Shown in pieces: positions 38,084-46,793 of a stretch of 64,000 bases of DNA. Numbering within the stretch: position 1 is the first letter of the stretch; each line of letters begins with the position of its first letter. The notes under the pieces are model-generated. The model saw only the letters and a list, made by a program, of their open reading frames with translations, did no database searches and was not told the origin of the DNA. Source of the stretch: a virus; the IMG/VR virus record IMGVR_UViG_3300013132_000033, positions 35,041 to 99,040 of that record. The stretch is one strand, 5' to 3'. The translations under genes and the position numbers were made by a program.

Positions 38084-38938
38084 TTAAAAAATATATCTTA
38101 CATAATTCCAAGGAATAATATCCTTATGAATTTGTAAGAATTGGTGAATGTAATTTGTTTTTAAAATATGATGATATCTTAAATTAATACCACCATATTG
38201 AGATTGTTTAGTTTCCTGAATATCAGGATTCCATATCAAGTTTTCACCTGATAAATTATTATTTATGTTATAAAGATGTTTATCAGCATTATGAGTTAAA
38301 AATATAACTTCAGCTTTTACTATATCTTTATGTTTAACATTTTCATCAACAAGTTGGAATAATTGCTCATAATATTTTAGCCAATTATCTGTTACAATAA
38401 CAGGACTAAAATTAATATGCACATCATATCCTGCATCTATAAATTTATCAATAGCTTTTATTCTATCAATAATTTTAGATGTGTTAGGTTCTAATTCATC
38501 TGCAAATATTTGAGGCATTAAACTAAATCTTACTCTAATTTTTTGTTTAGAGTTATAATTTAAGAATGCTTCATTTACATATTTAGTAGCAAAAGAACCA
38601 AATGCTACAGGATGATCTACAAAGAATTCAAATATTCTTTGCCAATCATGATACTTTGCATGTAACGCAAAGTCTTCATTACAAGATATATCATATGTGA
38701 TATACTTGTCATGAGTTTGATTTGGTTTATCAACATGAGTAAAATACGCATGTTGATTAATAGCTGTTAATATATCACCTATATTAGTAGCTATTGTTAA
38801 TCCTTCTGGTAGATGACGTTTCATATAACAGTATGTACAGTTATATAAACAACCATATCCAAAAGATGGACTTATAAAATCAGTGCTTCTACCGCTTTCA
38901 CGTATTAGCATTGATTTTCTTTTTATGTGTTCTATCAT
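38084..38938 (-). CDS. Spore-photoproduct-lyase-like radical SAM protein
   Basis: GCLYNCTYCY (CxxxCxxC), ATK, RFSLMPQ, EPNTS...RI.A and NFSPVI; start moved to ATG 38938. Confidence 0.75.
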   Translation of the reverse strand: MIEHIKRKSMLIRESGRSTDFISPSFGYGCLYNCTYCYMKRHLPEGLTIATNIGDILTAINQHAYFTHVDKPNQTHDKYITYDISCNEDFALHAKYHDWQRIFEFFVDHPVAFGSFATKYVNEAFLNYNSKQKIRVRFSLMPQIFADELEPNTSKIIDRIKAIDKFIDAGYDVHINFSPVIVTDNWLKYYEQLFQLVDENVKHKDIVKAEVIFLTHNADKHLYNINNNLSGENLIWNPDIQETKQSQYGGINLRYHHILKTNYIHQFLQIHKDIIPWNYVRYIF

Positions 38939-39007
38939 GATTAAAATGAAAAAAGCTTGCAAGATTACCAAAGTAAGAGCTTGCAAGCCAGCCGGGATGT
39001 TATTGTT

Positions 39008-39157
39008 TTAAAAACGACCTCTACATTTTGAAACATTTACAGGTTTCGGTTTGTTGTCGTTTTGACCTGGACATCCTTGTTTAGAAGATGAACAGGAGCT
39101 CATAGCAATTGTAATTGCTACAAGCATTGTGATGAAAAAATAAAATGCTTTTTTCAT
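39008..39157 (-). CDS. Small lipoprotein (49 aa, not in the ORF track)
   Basis: MKKAFYFFITMLVAITIAMSS-C lipobox followed by SSSKQGCPGQ... Confidence 0.6.
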   Translation of the reverse strand: MKKAFYFFITMLVAITIAMSSCSSSKQGCPGQNDNKPKPVNVSKCRGRF

Positions 39158-39595
39158 TTTGAATTGTTTTATTTATTTATGGAACAACGTTTACCCATAA
39201 GGCAAACTTTTCAATTGAATCAAAGTTTTGTGGAATAATTTATTTATCTTCTGATACAAAACTGTTTTTTCTGAAATCTTCTCCACTTAGTTTTGGAACA
39301 TGTAAATAATTACATTGCGCTACTATTGGATAAGAGTTCAGGTAAAATGTTACTTGAAGACATAACCATGGGTCATCAGTATTTTTTAAATTCTTTACTG
39401 ATAACTACACCATATGTATATTTTCTTTAATCCAAAACCTAATACGATTTGGATTTTTATTGTCAAGTGAATGCATGGTTAAATATTTTTTTTGTTTAAA
39501 AATAAGACGTTTACCCGCGACGTCTCAGGACAATCTTACCCATTCTTATAGAATGTCATGTCGGCTACAGTTACAAGATTAGCCCTATTATTTAA

Positions 39596-39877
39596 CTAAA
39601 TCATTTCATCATCGAAACGATCATCATCTTCATCAGAATGATGACTTTCATGAAATTCATTAGCCATGTCACCATAAAGTTTTATTTCAACTTTATGTTT
39701 TTTTTGTGCAACTCTTTGATTATTATTTCTAATAATCATTTTAAGAGTATTTCTAAGGTGGTTAATATCCATATCATCTACAGATATTAACTCACCGTTT
39801 CGCATTTTCCAAAATACTTGATCAGACATATTTCTTTTAAAAAAATCTTTCAGCTTTTTTTTAACAATTTTTTCCAT
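39596..39877 (-). CDS. Hypothetical protein
   Basis: W..RNG..I.VDDMD..HL.N.LKM is a common small phage protein pattern. Confidence 0.55.
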   Translation of the reverse strand: MEKIVKKKLKDFFKRNMSDQVFWKMRNGELISVDDMDINHLRNTLKMIIRNNNQRVAQKKHKVEIKLYGDMANEFHESHHSDEDDDRFDDEMI

Positions 39878-40414
39878 GGTTTAGAAATTTATTTGATTAA
39901 CAATTATGACTACTATTTTACGCATAGTTGCGACAAGATATTGGTTATTTTCTTGTGAATCTTAAACTTACGAGTAAAGTTTCATTTTATAAACCATACC
40001 AAGATTAAAATAGGATGTCTATTTTATCTAGGTTATCAACTTGTGATATAAAGGTTGCATTCTCGTTTTAAAAAGATTTATTTAAATCTTATGTGATGGA
40101 ATCGTGTCCCCATCTACTCAGTATTTTATGACTTACCATAAGATTTATACAGATTACGGCTGTATCACGGCATGATTTTTAAGTCCGCACTATAGTCTTT
40201 ACCTTCATTCTTGGTCAAAATAGACCGTAAATTACCAGTTAAGATTAGCCCCACATGCTTGTAGGAATTGCTATTGATGAATGTTTTTACTCCTCCCCAG
40301 TTCCAACGCGTTTGGTGTTCCTTACTGGATGACTCTGCAGTTTGTCTGAGGAGGAGCTTTCTTTTCGATTTCTTTATATCCTAACCCGAACATTAAATAT
40401 GCTCGGGTATCACA

Positions 40415-40711
40415 TTACTTCATACCATCATCGATCACTTTTGTTATCACCCAACGGCAATTTGCATTGCCGTTTACCATGTTATTCCCATCCCATTTGT
40501 TTATAACAAAGGTTGAGAATACTGTGTCACCAACTTCGTGACCATCGAGGCCACTGTATTTTATTTTGGTGATTCCCTTATTAAGAGAATCAACTCCTAC
40601 CATTTTATAGGTAGAGTTGTGTGCTGACATTCCCTCTTCGCAAGAAGTAGATACCATTGTCAGCATTACAAGCAGAATGGCAACAATGAGTTGCCCGTAC
40701 GTTTTTTTCAT
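40415..40711 (-). CDS. Putative lipoprotein
   Basis: MKK, a hydrophobic stretch, then STS-C lipobox. Confidence 0.6.
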   Translation of the reverse strand: MKKTYGQLIVAILLVMLTMVSTSCEEGMSAHNSTYKMVGVDSLNKGITKIKYSGLDGHEVGDTVFSTFVINKWDGNNMVNGNANCRWVITKVIDDGMK

Positions 40712-40967
40712 GTTGTTGTGAGTTTAGAGATGAATAATTTTTTGCCTTAACATTATATAATGTCAAGGCTTTTATTATTACGTAAAAAATAGATTGGGTA
40801 GATACGTTTAAGTATGTTTACCCAATCTACTTTATAATCCTGTATCCCAGCTAAATACCATTGCCAGGAGTGACAACAAAAGCAACAGACTAAGAGCCAT
40901 TTTGGCTAACATCTGTAAAAATTTATTTTCTTTCATGATTTTGTTTTTAAAGAATGTACATTATTCA

Positions 40968-41282
40968 CTACAACGCCACATAGCCCCTGTTAAGGAGCGT
41001 TTGCTTGGCGTCATCGCCAGAGTCCGTCAACTTCAACCGGGTTTCCCCGCCTGCATTTACCGTTTCAACAACCGACCAGTTACGGTCGATGTTCTTGCCA
41101 ATCTCGGCGCGCTCAGACGCCTTGATTGACAAATACACGTTCTCCGCCTCTTCCGGGTTGGAAGAGTTAAGAAACGTGCAGAAGAGATAGCCCGCCGCAT
41201 TTTTGCGGATTGGGCTCACGAGGTCGTAACCCTTCGTGGACATGTAGTCCTTGATGGGTGTCTTAACAAAACTATTTTCCAT
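40968..41282 (-). CDS. Hypothetical protein, GC-rich
   Basis: 104-aa ORF visibly richer in GC than its flanks. Confidence 0.6.
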   Translation of the reverse strand: MENSFVKTPIKDYMSTKGYDLVSPIRKNAAGYLFCTFLNSSNPEEAENVYLSIKASERAEIGKNIDRNWSVVETVNAGGETRLKLTDSGDDAKQTLLNRGYVAL

Positions 41283-41975
41283 TGAACAAAAGTTTATTGT
41301 TTTTTGAATGAAAAAATCCTGTTATTATTACAACAACAGGGGGAAAACAAAAGTATCAAATAAAATTTCAACATGAGTTTTTTGAGTTTAAAAACTCCCC
41401 CCAGTATCTATATACTAGAGGGAGACTCTCATTCTAAACTCTTCTGCTATAATACTTGGAGTCGAACCAAGACTTTTAAAATCAGTATAAAACTAATTTT
41501 AACGTGCATCCAAAAGCTAGCGAGCGTAGATTACACCATATTATGTACCACCTCCATCTAGTGAAGACTGGAAAACCGTTTCCCTCGGAGGAGGCGAATG
41601 GGGAATTGAGTACTACCTGGCCGGCTGCTTTATAGCCGAATGGGTAGGCAAAAAAGAAAACATGAGTGAATTTTTATTGACTACTCTCGCCCTGCCAGCA
41701 TAACTGGTTTTACTGCAGGTTGAATTTCGACCCTATTGAGTAGTCATATTCATAAATGTCCTATTTCTATGTACTGCTACATAGTTTACACTTATATTAC
41801 ATAAACTCTGTTGTTATGTAATACTCTTCAATAGGCTGAAGCTAGTGTAGTTGTAATTACAACTAATGGAATTAAAGTTAATTGTAATAGCTGTATTTCT
41901 GGAACAGCATATTTACACAGTTATATTACAATTAATAACACTTTTTGATAAACCAGAAGTGTAACTGGTATTCCT

Positions 41976-42569
41976 TCAATCTATGATAACAATCTGTAGC
42001 TTTTTAGCTACAAATGTATTAGCAGCTTCATTAGTCCAGCAATCGGGCCAATGACCCGCAACTTCCGCAACAGACGGAAGGAAAAAAGCTTTCAGATACG
42101 GATTCCAATGCCGTTTCGCTTGCTGAGAAGCTAAAACGGATAAGGCAATAGACAATTGACCCTCCCAAACCCTTCGGGAAGAACTGTCAAGGCCCAGCAA
42201 CATACCCACATGTTCGTGAGTAAGTGGCGCAGTGATCCTGTACTGGTACTTTTCCCCATTGGGGTATGTACCAATTGAAACAGGCCCAAAAGGCATACTC
42301 TCAAACATAAAAGATTGAGACGTCTCGAGGGTTTGGCCCCAAGATGTTGTCTCAATCTCTGCTTGAGACAGCCACCCCCGACCAGCATCGACCATAGGAT
42401 AACCCATGTCGACAACTGAGAAAAGGGATGGACAAACCAATCCCAGAGTACACACTTCAGTGTACATGCCAAACTTAGAATGGATGACAGACTGAGGCGT
42501 TACGAGCATATGCTCACCACTCAGAGCAACAACAACAAAATGGTTTTCCATGAACCAATAGTCTTTCAT
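41976..42569 (-). CDS. Hypothetical protein (first gene of the leftward arm)
   Basis: 197-aa ORF with atypical, GC-richer composition. Confidence 0.5.
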   Translation of the reverse strand: MKDYWFMENHFVVVALSGEHMLVTPQSVIHSKFGMYTEVCTLGLVCPSLFSVVDMGYPMVDAGRGWLSQAEIETTSWGQTLETSQSFMFESMPFGPVSIGTYPNGEKYQYRITAPLTHEHVGMLLGLDSSSRRVWEGQLSIALSVLASQQAKRHWNPYLKAFFLPSVAEVAGHWPDCWTNEAANTFVAKKLQIVIID

Positions 42570-42884
42570 TTATATACCGCTAATGGACAAGAGCGGTGGG
42601 TTGAAGAAAGTTAGAAGAGAATGAAAAATAACGCCAGGGGACCTTCCCCAGCTATAATTTAGTGGGGGGTGGGGTCTGGGATACCCAAACACCTATAATC
42701 CTCACAAAAAATAGGGGGGGGGAGTCAACTTAAAAAAAAGACTCCGGGGGGCATCTTTTTATATAAAATACAAAAACTAAATTTATAAAAAAATATTTAA
42801 ATTTTCTTTTTGCGTTATCCGTTATAAAATAAGGTTTTTTTTCAAAACCACTATTATCGGTTCTTCAAGTTATTTTTTTTTACT

Positions 42885-42892
42885 TATCTTTG
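42885..42892 (+). promoter_or_regulatory. Bacteroidota -7 promoter element TATCTTTG at the start of the rightward arm
   Basis: TAnnTTTG match in the AT-rich divergent intergenic region; no clear -33 TTTG. Confidence 0.5.
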
Positions 42893-42896
42893 TACC

Positions 42897-43260
42897 GCAA
42901 TTTGATCTCATAAATCAAATCATCCGGTTGCAACTCATAACCATGAGAGAACAGGGCCTGGATCAGACGGTGGGTAGTAGGGATAGACTTGAAATAATAG
43001 TCAACATAATTCCGAGGTGTCCCCGCCAATTGCAAAAATGCTTAAAGTATATAAGCTTGTAGTTGAGATGAATTAGAGGGTGAGCCGAAGTTAGTAGGCT
43101 TGGTTCCAGAATCACCAATAACCGAAAAGGTATAAAGACTGGTAATTCATCGAGGTTTGTAAATGCACTGGCTACAAGGAAAACTTTAAGTAAGATGTCA
43201 GTTACGTGAAGAACGTATATTGATTCTCCGGTTAAGACAATTAACGGGCATAGGGAGAGG
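42897..43260 (+). ncRNA. Candidate structured non-coding RNA
   Basis: ORF-free, GC-richer block with nested helices (see findings). Confidence 0.5.
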
Positions 43261-43287
43261 TATATCTAAAATACAATATAGTTTAAT

Positions 43288-43716
43288 ATGAATGAAATTT
43301 TACATCGAATAAGTTTAATTCGTAACAGTCATCCAGCAATGGTAGATATATTTACTAAAGGTAGTTGTTATAATATGTTTACTATATTGCATTCATTATA
43401 TCCAAATGCTATAGCTTATTATGATGGTGATCATGTAGTTACTAAAATAGGTAATAGATTATATGATATAAATGGAATAGTTCGAAATAAAAATAATTAC
43501 ATACCTTTGCGTGACAAATCATCAATCTCTAAATTACAACGTAGCATGAAATTAAAATTTACAGGTTTAGGAGAAAATCCTATAATAGTAGAGTGGGAAA
43601 AAGGAAAAGGTTTTTCTTTATATGATCCTCATAAAAAAGAAGAACCTGAAAAAGAAGATTTAAATAAAAATAAAGACAATGGAACTGAACCTACTGAACA
43701 AGAAACTAAACGTTGA
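43288..43716 (+). CDS. Hypothetical phage protein
   Basis: IFTKGSCY...DHVVTKIG...YDING. Confidence 0.6.
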   Translation: MNEILHRISLIRNSHPAMVDIFTKGSCYNMFTILHSLYPNAIAYYDGDHVVTKIGNRLYDINGIVRNKNNYIPLRDKSSISKLQRSMKLKFTGLGENPIIVEWEKGKGFSLYDPHKKEEPEKEDLNKNKDNGTEPTEQETKR

Positions 43717-44089
43717 TGTTGATACATATCATGAACGTACAGAAAAAGACTTTTGGAAGTTATACTGTTATTTATTAAATGTAAGAAATCCAATATTATC
43801 GGATAAAGATTGTGACATATTAAGTGTTATTTTAAGTATGGAAGATAATGAGTTATCTATACTTGAAAAAGAAAATGGTAAATTATTAGAGCAATCTACA
43901 AATACACCGTTATCTAATTTATATTCTAAATGTAAGCAGTTAAGTGAAAAAGGTTTCTTAGTAAAAGAAGATAAAGGTTATTATTTGAATCCTGCTTTTA
44001 AATCATTTCAAAAGTATGTAAGATCAGGAAAAAAAGTTAAATTTGTAATACCAATAAAAATTATAGAAAATGGGATTATCAATTCTTGA
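43679..44089 (+). CDS. Putative winged-helix DNA-binding protein
   Basis: LSDKDCDIL...NLYSKCKQLSEKGFL...YYLNP pattern. Confidence 0.45.
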   Translation: MELNLLNKKLNVDVDTYHERTEKDFWKLYCYLLNVRNPILSDKDCDILSVILSMEDNELSILEKENGKLLEQSTNTPLSNLYSKCKQLSEKGFLVKEDKGYYLNPAFKSFQKYVRSGKKVKFVIPIKIIENGIINS

Positions 44090-44263
44090 TGTTATACTTG
44101 ATATGCAATTAAAGTTTTATGAAAAGTATAATACAGCTGTTAGTTTATTATTTATAAATTTGGAACATTATAGATTTTTAACCAGAGAATTAGAAACTCC
44201 AGATTTAGATAATTTGCATGGTATGAAAATCATCATTACTAAAAAAACTAAAATAGAAATGTT

Positions 44264-44599
44264 ATGAATCCTGATATTATACAAAAACTTGCCAAAAAAC
44301 ATGATTTACCTGAAGAACAAATTAAGATTATAATTCAATCATTTTATGACGGGTTAAGATATTATTTATCAAATCCTCTAGAAGCTAAAGGAGGAGTTAT
44401 TATTCACAACTTTATTACGTTTTACATTAATTTTAAAAGATTGTTGGGAAGTATTCATAATACTACGTATGAATCAAAATATGTTGGAACAGAAAAAAAT
44501 ATTGAATATCTTAAATTTTTAAATCAATTAAAAACTAACACCTACAAATATGCAAGACAAACCAAAGGCAAAAACAAGTATGAAAGATTTGTTAAATGA
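44264..44599 (+). CDS. HU/IHF-like DNA-binding protein
   Basis: IIQKLAKKHDLP...IKIIIQSFYDGL...VIIHNFITF matches the HU N-terminal pattern. Confidence 0.55.
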   Translation: MNPDIIQKLAKKHDLPEEQIKIIIQSFYDGLRYYLSNPLEAKGGVIIHNFITFYINFKRLLGSIHNTTYESKYVGTEKNIEYLKFLNQLKTNTYKYARQTKGKNKYERFVK

Positions 44600-45143
44600 A
44601 CATCGCGCTCAAGACGGTAATATTAAAAGTCAACAAATCGATATGAGTAATAACTCAATTAAAGATGAGATTATGACTCAAGAACAGTTAGAATCTGTTT
44701 TTAAATATAATGAAAATGTTACTAAATTAGATGAGTTGTATACATCTGTACGACCTTTAAATAAAGTATTAGTACGAGTATTTTTACTTGAACCATCAAA
44801 GACTGATAATGGATTGTTAATTCCTCATAAACAAGTATTACCAGTACCTACTAATAGTGGTGTAGGATCATTAATGGAAATGGAATCTCCATATCCTTAT
44901 TCTAATAAAGCAGTTGTAGTATCTACACCTCAGATGGTTAGTGTAAAACCAGGTAATATTGTACAACTTGAATCTGCTCCTGTACGAGTAGCTGGAGCTG
45001 GACATAATGCTTCAATTGTTGTACCTTATGGTTACATGCATCCTGATGCTAATTCGGTAATTATATCTACCGATCCTTCTAACAGGCATTATGGATATCT
45101 TCTCGTTCCCAGTCATGAAATAATGGTTGTACTCAATGCTTAA
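44550..45143 (+). CDS. GroES/Cpn10-like co-chaperonin with N-terminal extension
   Basis: VRPLNKVLVR...KTDNGLLIP...AVVVS...VKPGNIV resembles the Cpn10 pattern PL.DRVLV...KT.GG.I.P...V.VGD.V. Confidence 0.6.
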   Translation: MQDKPKAKTSMKDLLNEHRAQDGNIKSQQIDMSNNSIKDEIMTQEQLESVFKYNENVTKLDELYTSVRPLNKVLVRVFLLEPSKTDNGLLIPHKQVLPVPTNSGVGSLMEMESPYPYSNKAVVVSTPQMVSVKPGNIVQLESAPVRVAGAGHNASIVVPYGYMHPDANSVIISTDPSNRHYGYLLVPSHEIMVVLNA

Positions 45144-45753
45144 TCATTACATACCAACAGTAGACGAATTACATGTAGGATTTGAGTGTAAAATTAAAGA
45201 AGGTGATAACTATGTTCCATATGTAATTACACCACATACTAATTTAAACGTACCCATGTCTGATTTTAAAGTAAAATGGTTAGATAAACAAGATATTATA
45301 GATTTAGGGTTTACTTTAAAAAAAGATTTTGATGAGTTTTGTAAGTTTTACATTAATGTTCCTCATTCAGAACCTTTGTATTATACACTTGAATTTGAAC
45401 ATGTTGGCCCAAATGTATATATTACATTGTATGATAATTTTAATAAAACATTGATTGAAAAGTTATGGATTCGTAACAAAAATGAAATTAAATGGATTTT
45501 AAATCGTTATGGGATTCTTACAAAAAACAGTACAACAGACAATTAGTAAAGGTTCTACGTTTAGACATACTTTTACGCATGATAATGATAAAAAGATTAT
45601 TCGTATAAACCCACTGTGTAGTTGTGTTAAATATACAGTAAATATGCCAAATATTACATTTTGGTATAAAGCAAATAAAACAACAACCAAAATTGTAGTA
45701 ATAACTTACGATGATGAATCGAGTGATTTTTTACAATTACAAACAATTATAAA

Positions 45754-46185
45754 ATGAAATTAAATAAATACTTTGAAATTGAAGAATTTGTACCTCCTCA
45801 AATATTTAAACAATATGGTCAAAAATCTTTGTGGTTTATCGATCCTAAAATTATTGATATTGCTACTGCTTATCGTGAATTTTTTGAAGTACCTGTAAAG
45901 ATTAATAATTGGCATAATGGAGGACCCTATTCTTATCGTGGTTACAGACCTCCTCGTGTTAATATTGGAAGTGAATATTCACAACATAAATTTGGTCGAG
46001 CATTTGACTGTAATATTGGTACAATGAATGCTAAACAAATGTTTGATGAAGTTATTAAAAATCAAGAACATTTTAAAAAATTTGGTTTAACAACTTTAGA
46101 AAATTACAAATTTACTGATGGATGGTTGCATTCAGATTGTCGTGTTACAAATATAGATAAACTTTTAATTGTAGATCCTCTATAA
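45754..46185 (+). CDS. Peptidase M15-family endolysin-like protein
   Basis: RGYR, SQHKFGRAFD and WLHSD zinc-peptidase motifs. Confidence 0.75.
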   Translation: MKLNKYFEIEEFVPPQIFKQYGQKSLWFIDPKIIDIATAYREFFEVPVKINNWHNGGPYSYRGYRPPRVNIGSEYSQHKFGRAFDCNIGTMNAKQMFDEVIKNQEHFKKFGLTTLENYKFTDGWLHSDCRVTNIDKLLIVDPL

Positions 46186-46793
46186 TGAATACATTTATCA
46201 ATATAAAAAAAGATTTAAAACCTGATGTTAATTTTTGGGAATTAAATCCTCATTTGCGATTTGTCAGTCCTTTTGCAAGTTTATATGATAAAGATACTAC
46301 AAAAAATAAAGATCAATCTTCTAAAGATATGTGGTGTATATTCTTTTTATCAGAACCAGATGAAGATATAAACTTGTATTATAGGTTAACTTACAGTGAA
46401 ATTTTAAATGTTTGTAAGAACTTTAATTCTGATTTTAATATTGAAGATGAACTTATTTTACAATGCTTGCAAGAATATCCTGAAACGTGTTTAACTGTTA
46501 TACAAAGATTATTAAAAACTACAAAAGATTTATTTAAAAAACGTAATCAATTTTTAAAAGAAGCTGATTACAATTTTGAAACAATGACTGCTATTGATAA
46601 TGCTATTGCTAAAACACCTAAAATGGAAGAAGACTTTGATAAAATAGTACAAAAATATGCTGAAGAAAAGAATAAAGAAATTCAATTATATGGTGGTAGA
46701 AAGTTAACTGCACGAGAAAAGAAAACAATTAAAGCTGATATATCTGATGATACAGAACTTAGATCTATTGAAAAAGGATTTGATCAAAATTGA
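46185..46793 (+). CDS. Hypothetical protein upstream of TerL (possible small terminase)
   Basis: Position and overlap with TerL only. Confidence 0.4.
   Translation: MNTFINIKKDLKPDVNFWELNPHLRFVSPFASLYDKDTTKNKDQSSKDMWCIFFLSEPDEDINLYYRLTYSEILNVCKNFNSDFNIEDELILQCLQEYPETCLTVIQRLLKTTKDLFKKRNQFLKEADYNFETMTAIDNAIAKTPKMEEDFDKIVQKYAEEKNKEIQLYGGRKLTAREKKTIKADISDDTELRSIEKGFDQN

Noticed and set aside
39176-39476. Reading frame with internal TAG and TAA
   Set aside because: Could be a pseudogene, but there is no recognisable homology; insufficient evidence.
41453-41470. Isolated T-arm-like hairpin CTTGGTTCGACTCCAAG (- strand)
   Set aside because: No acceptor stem or D-arm could be paired with it.
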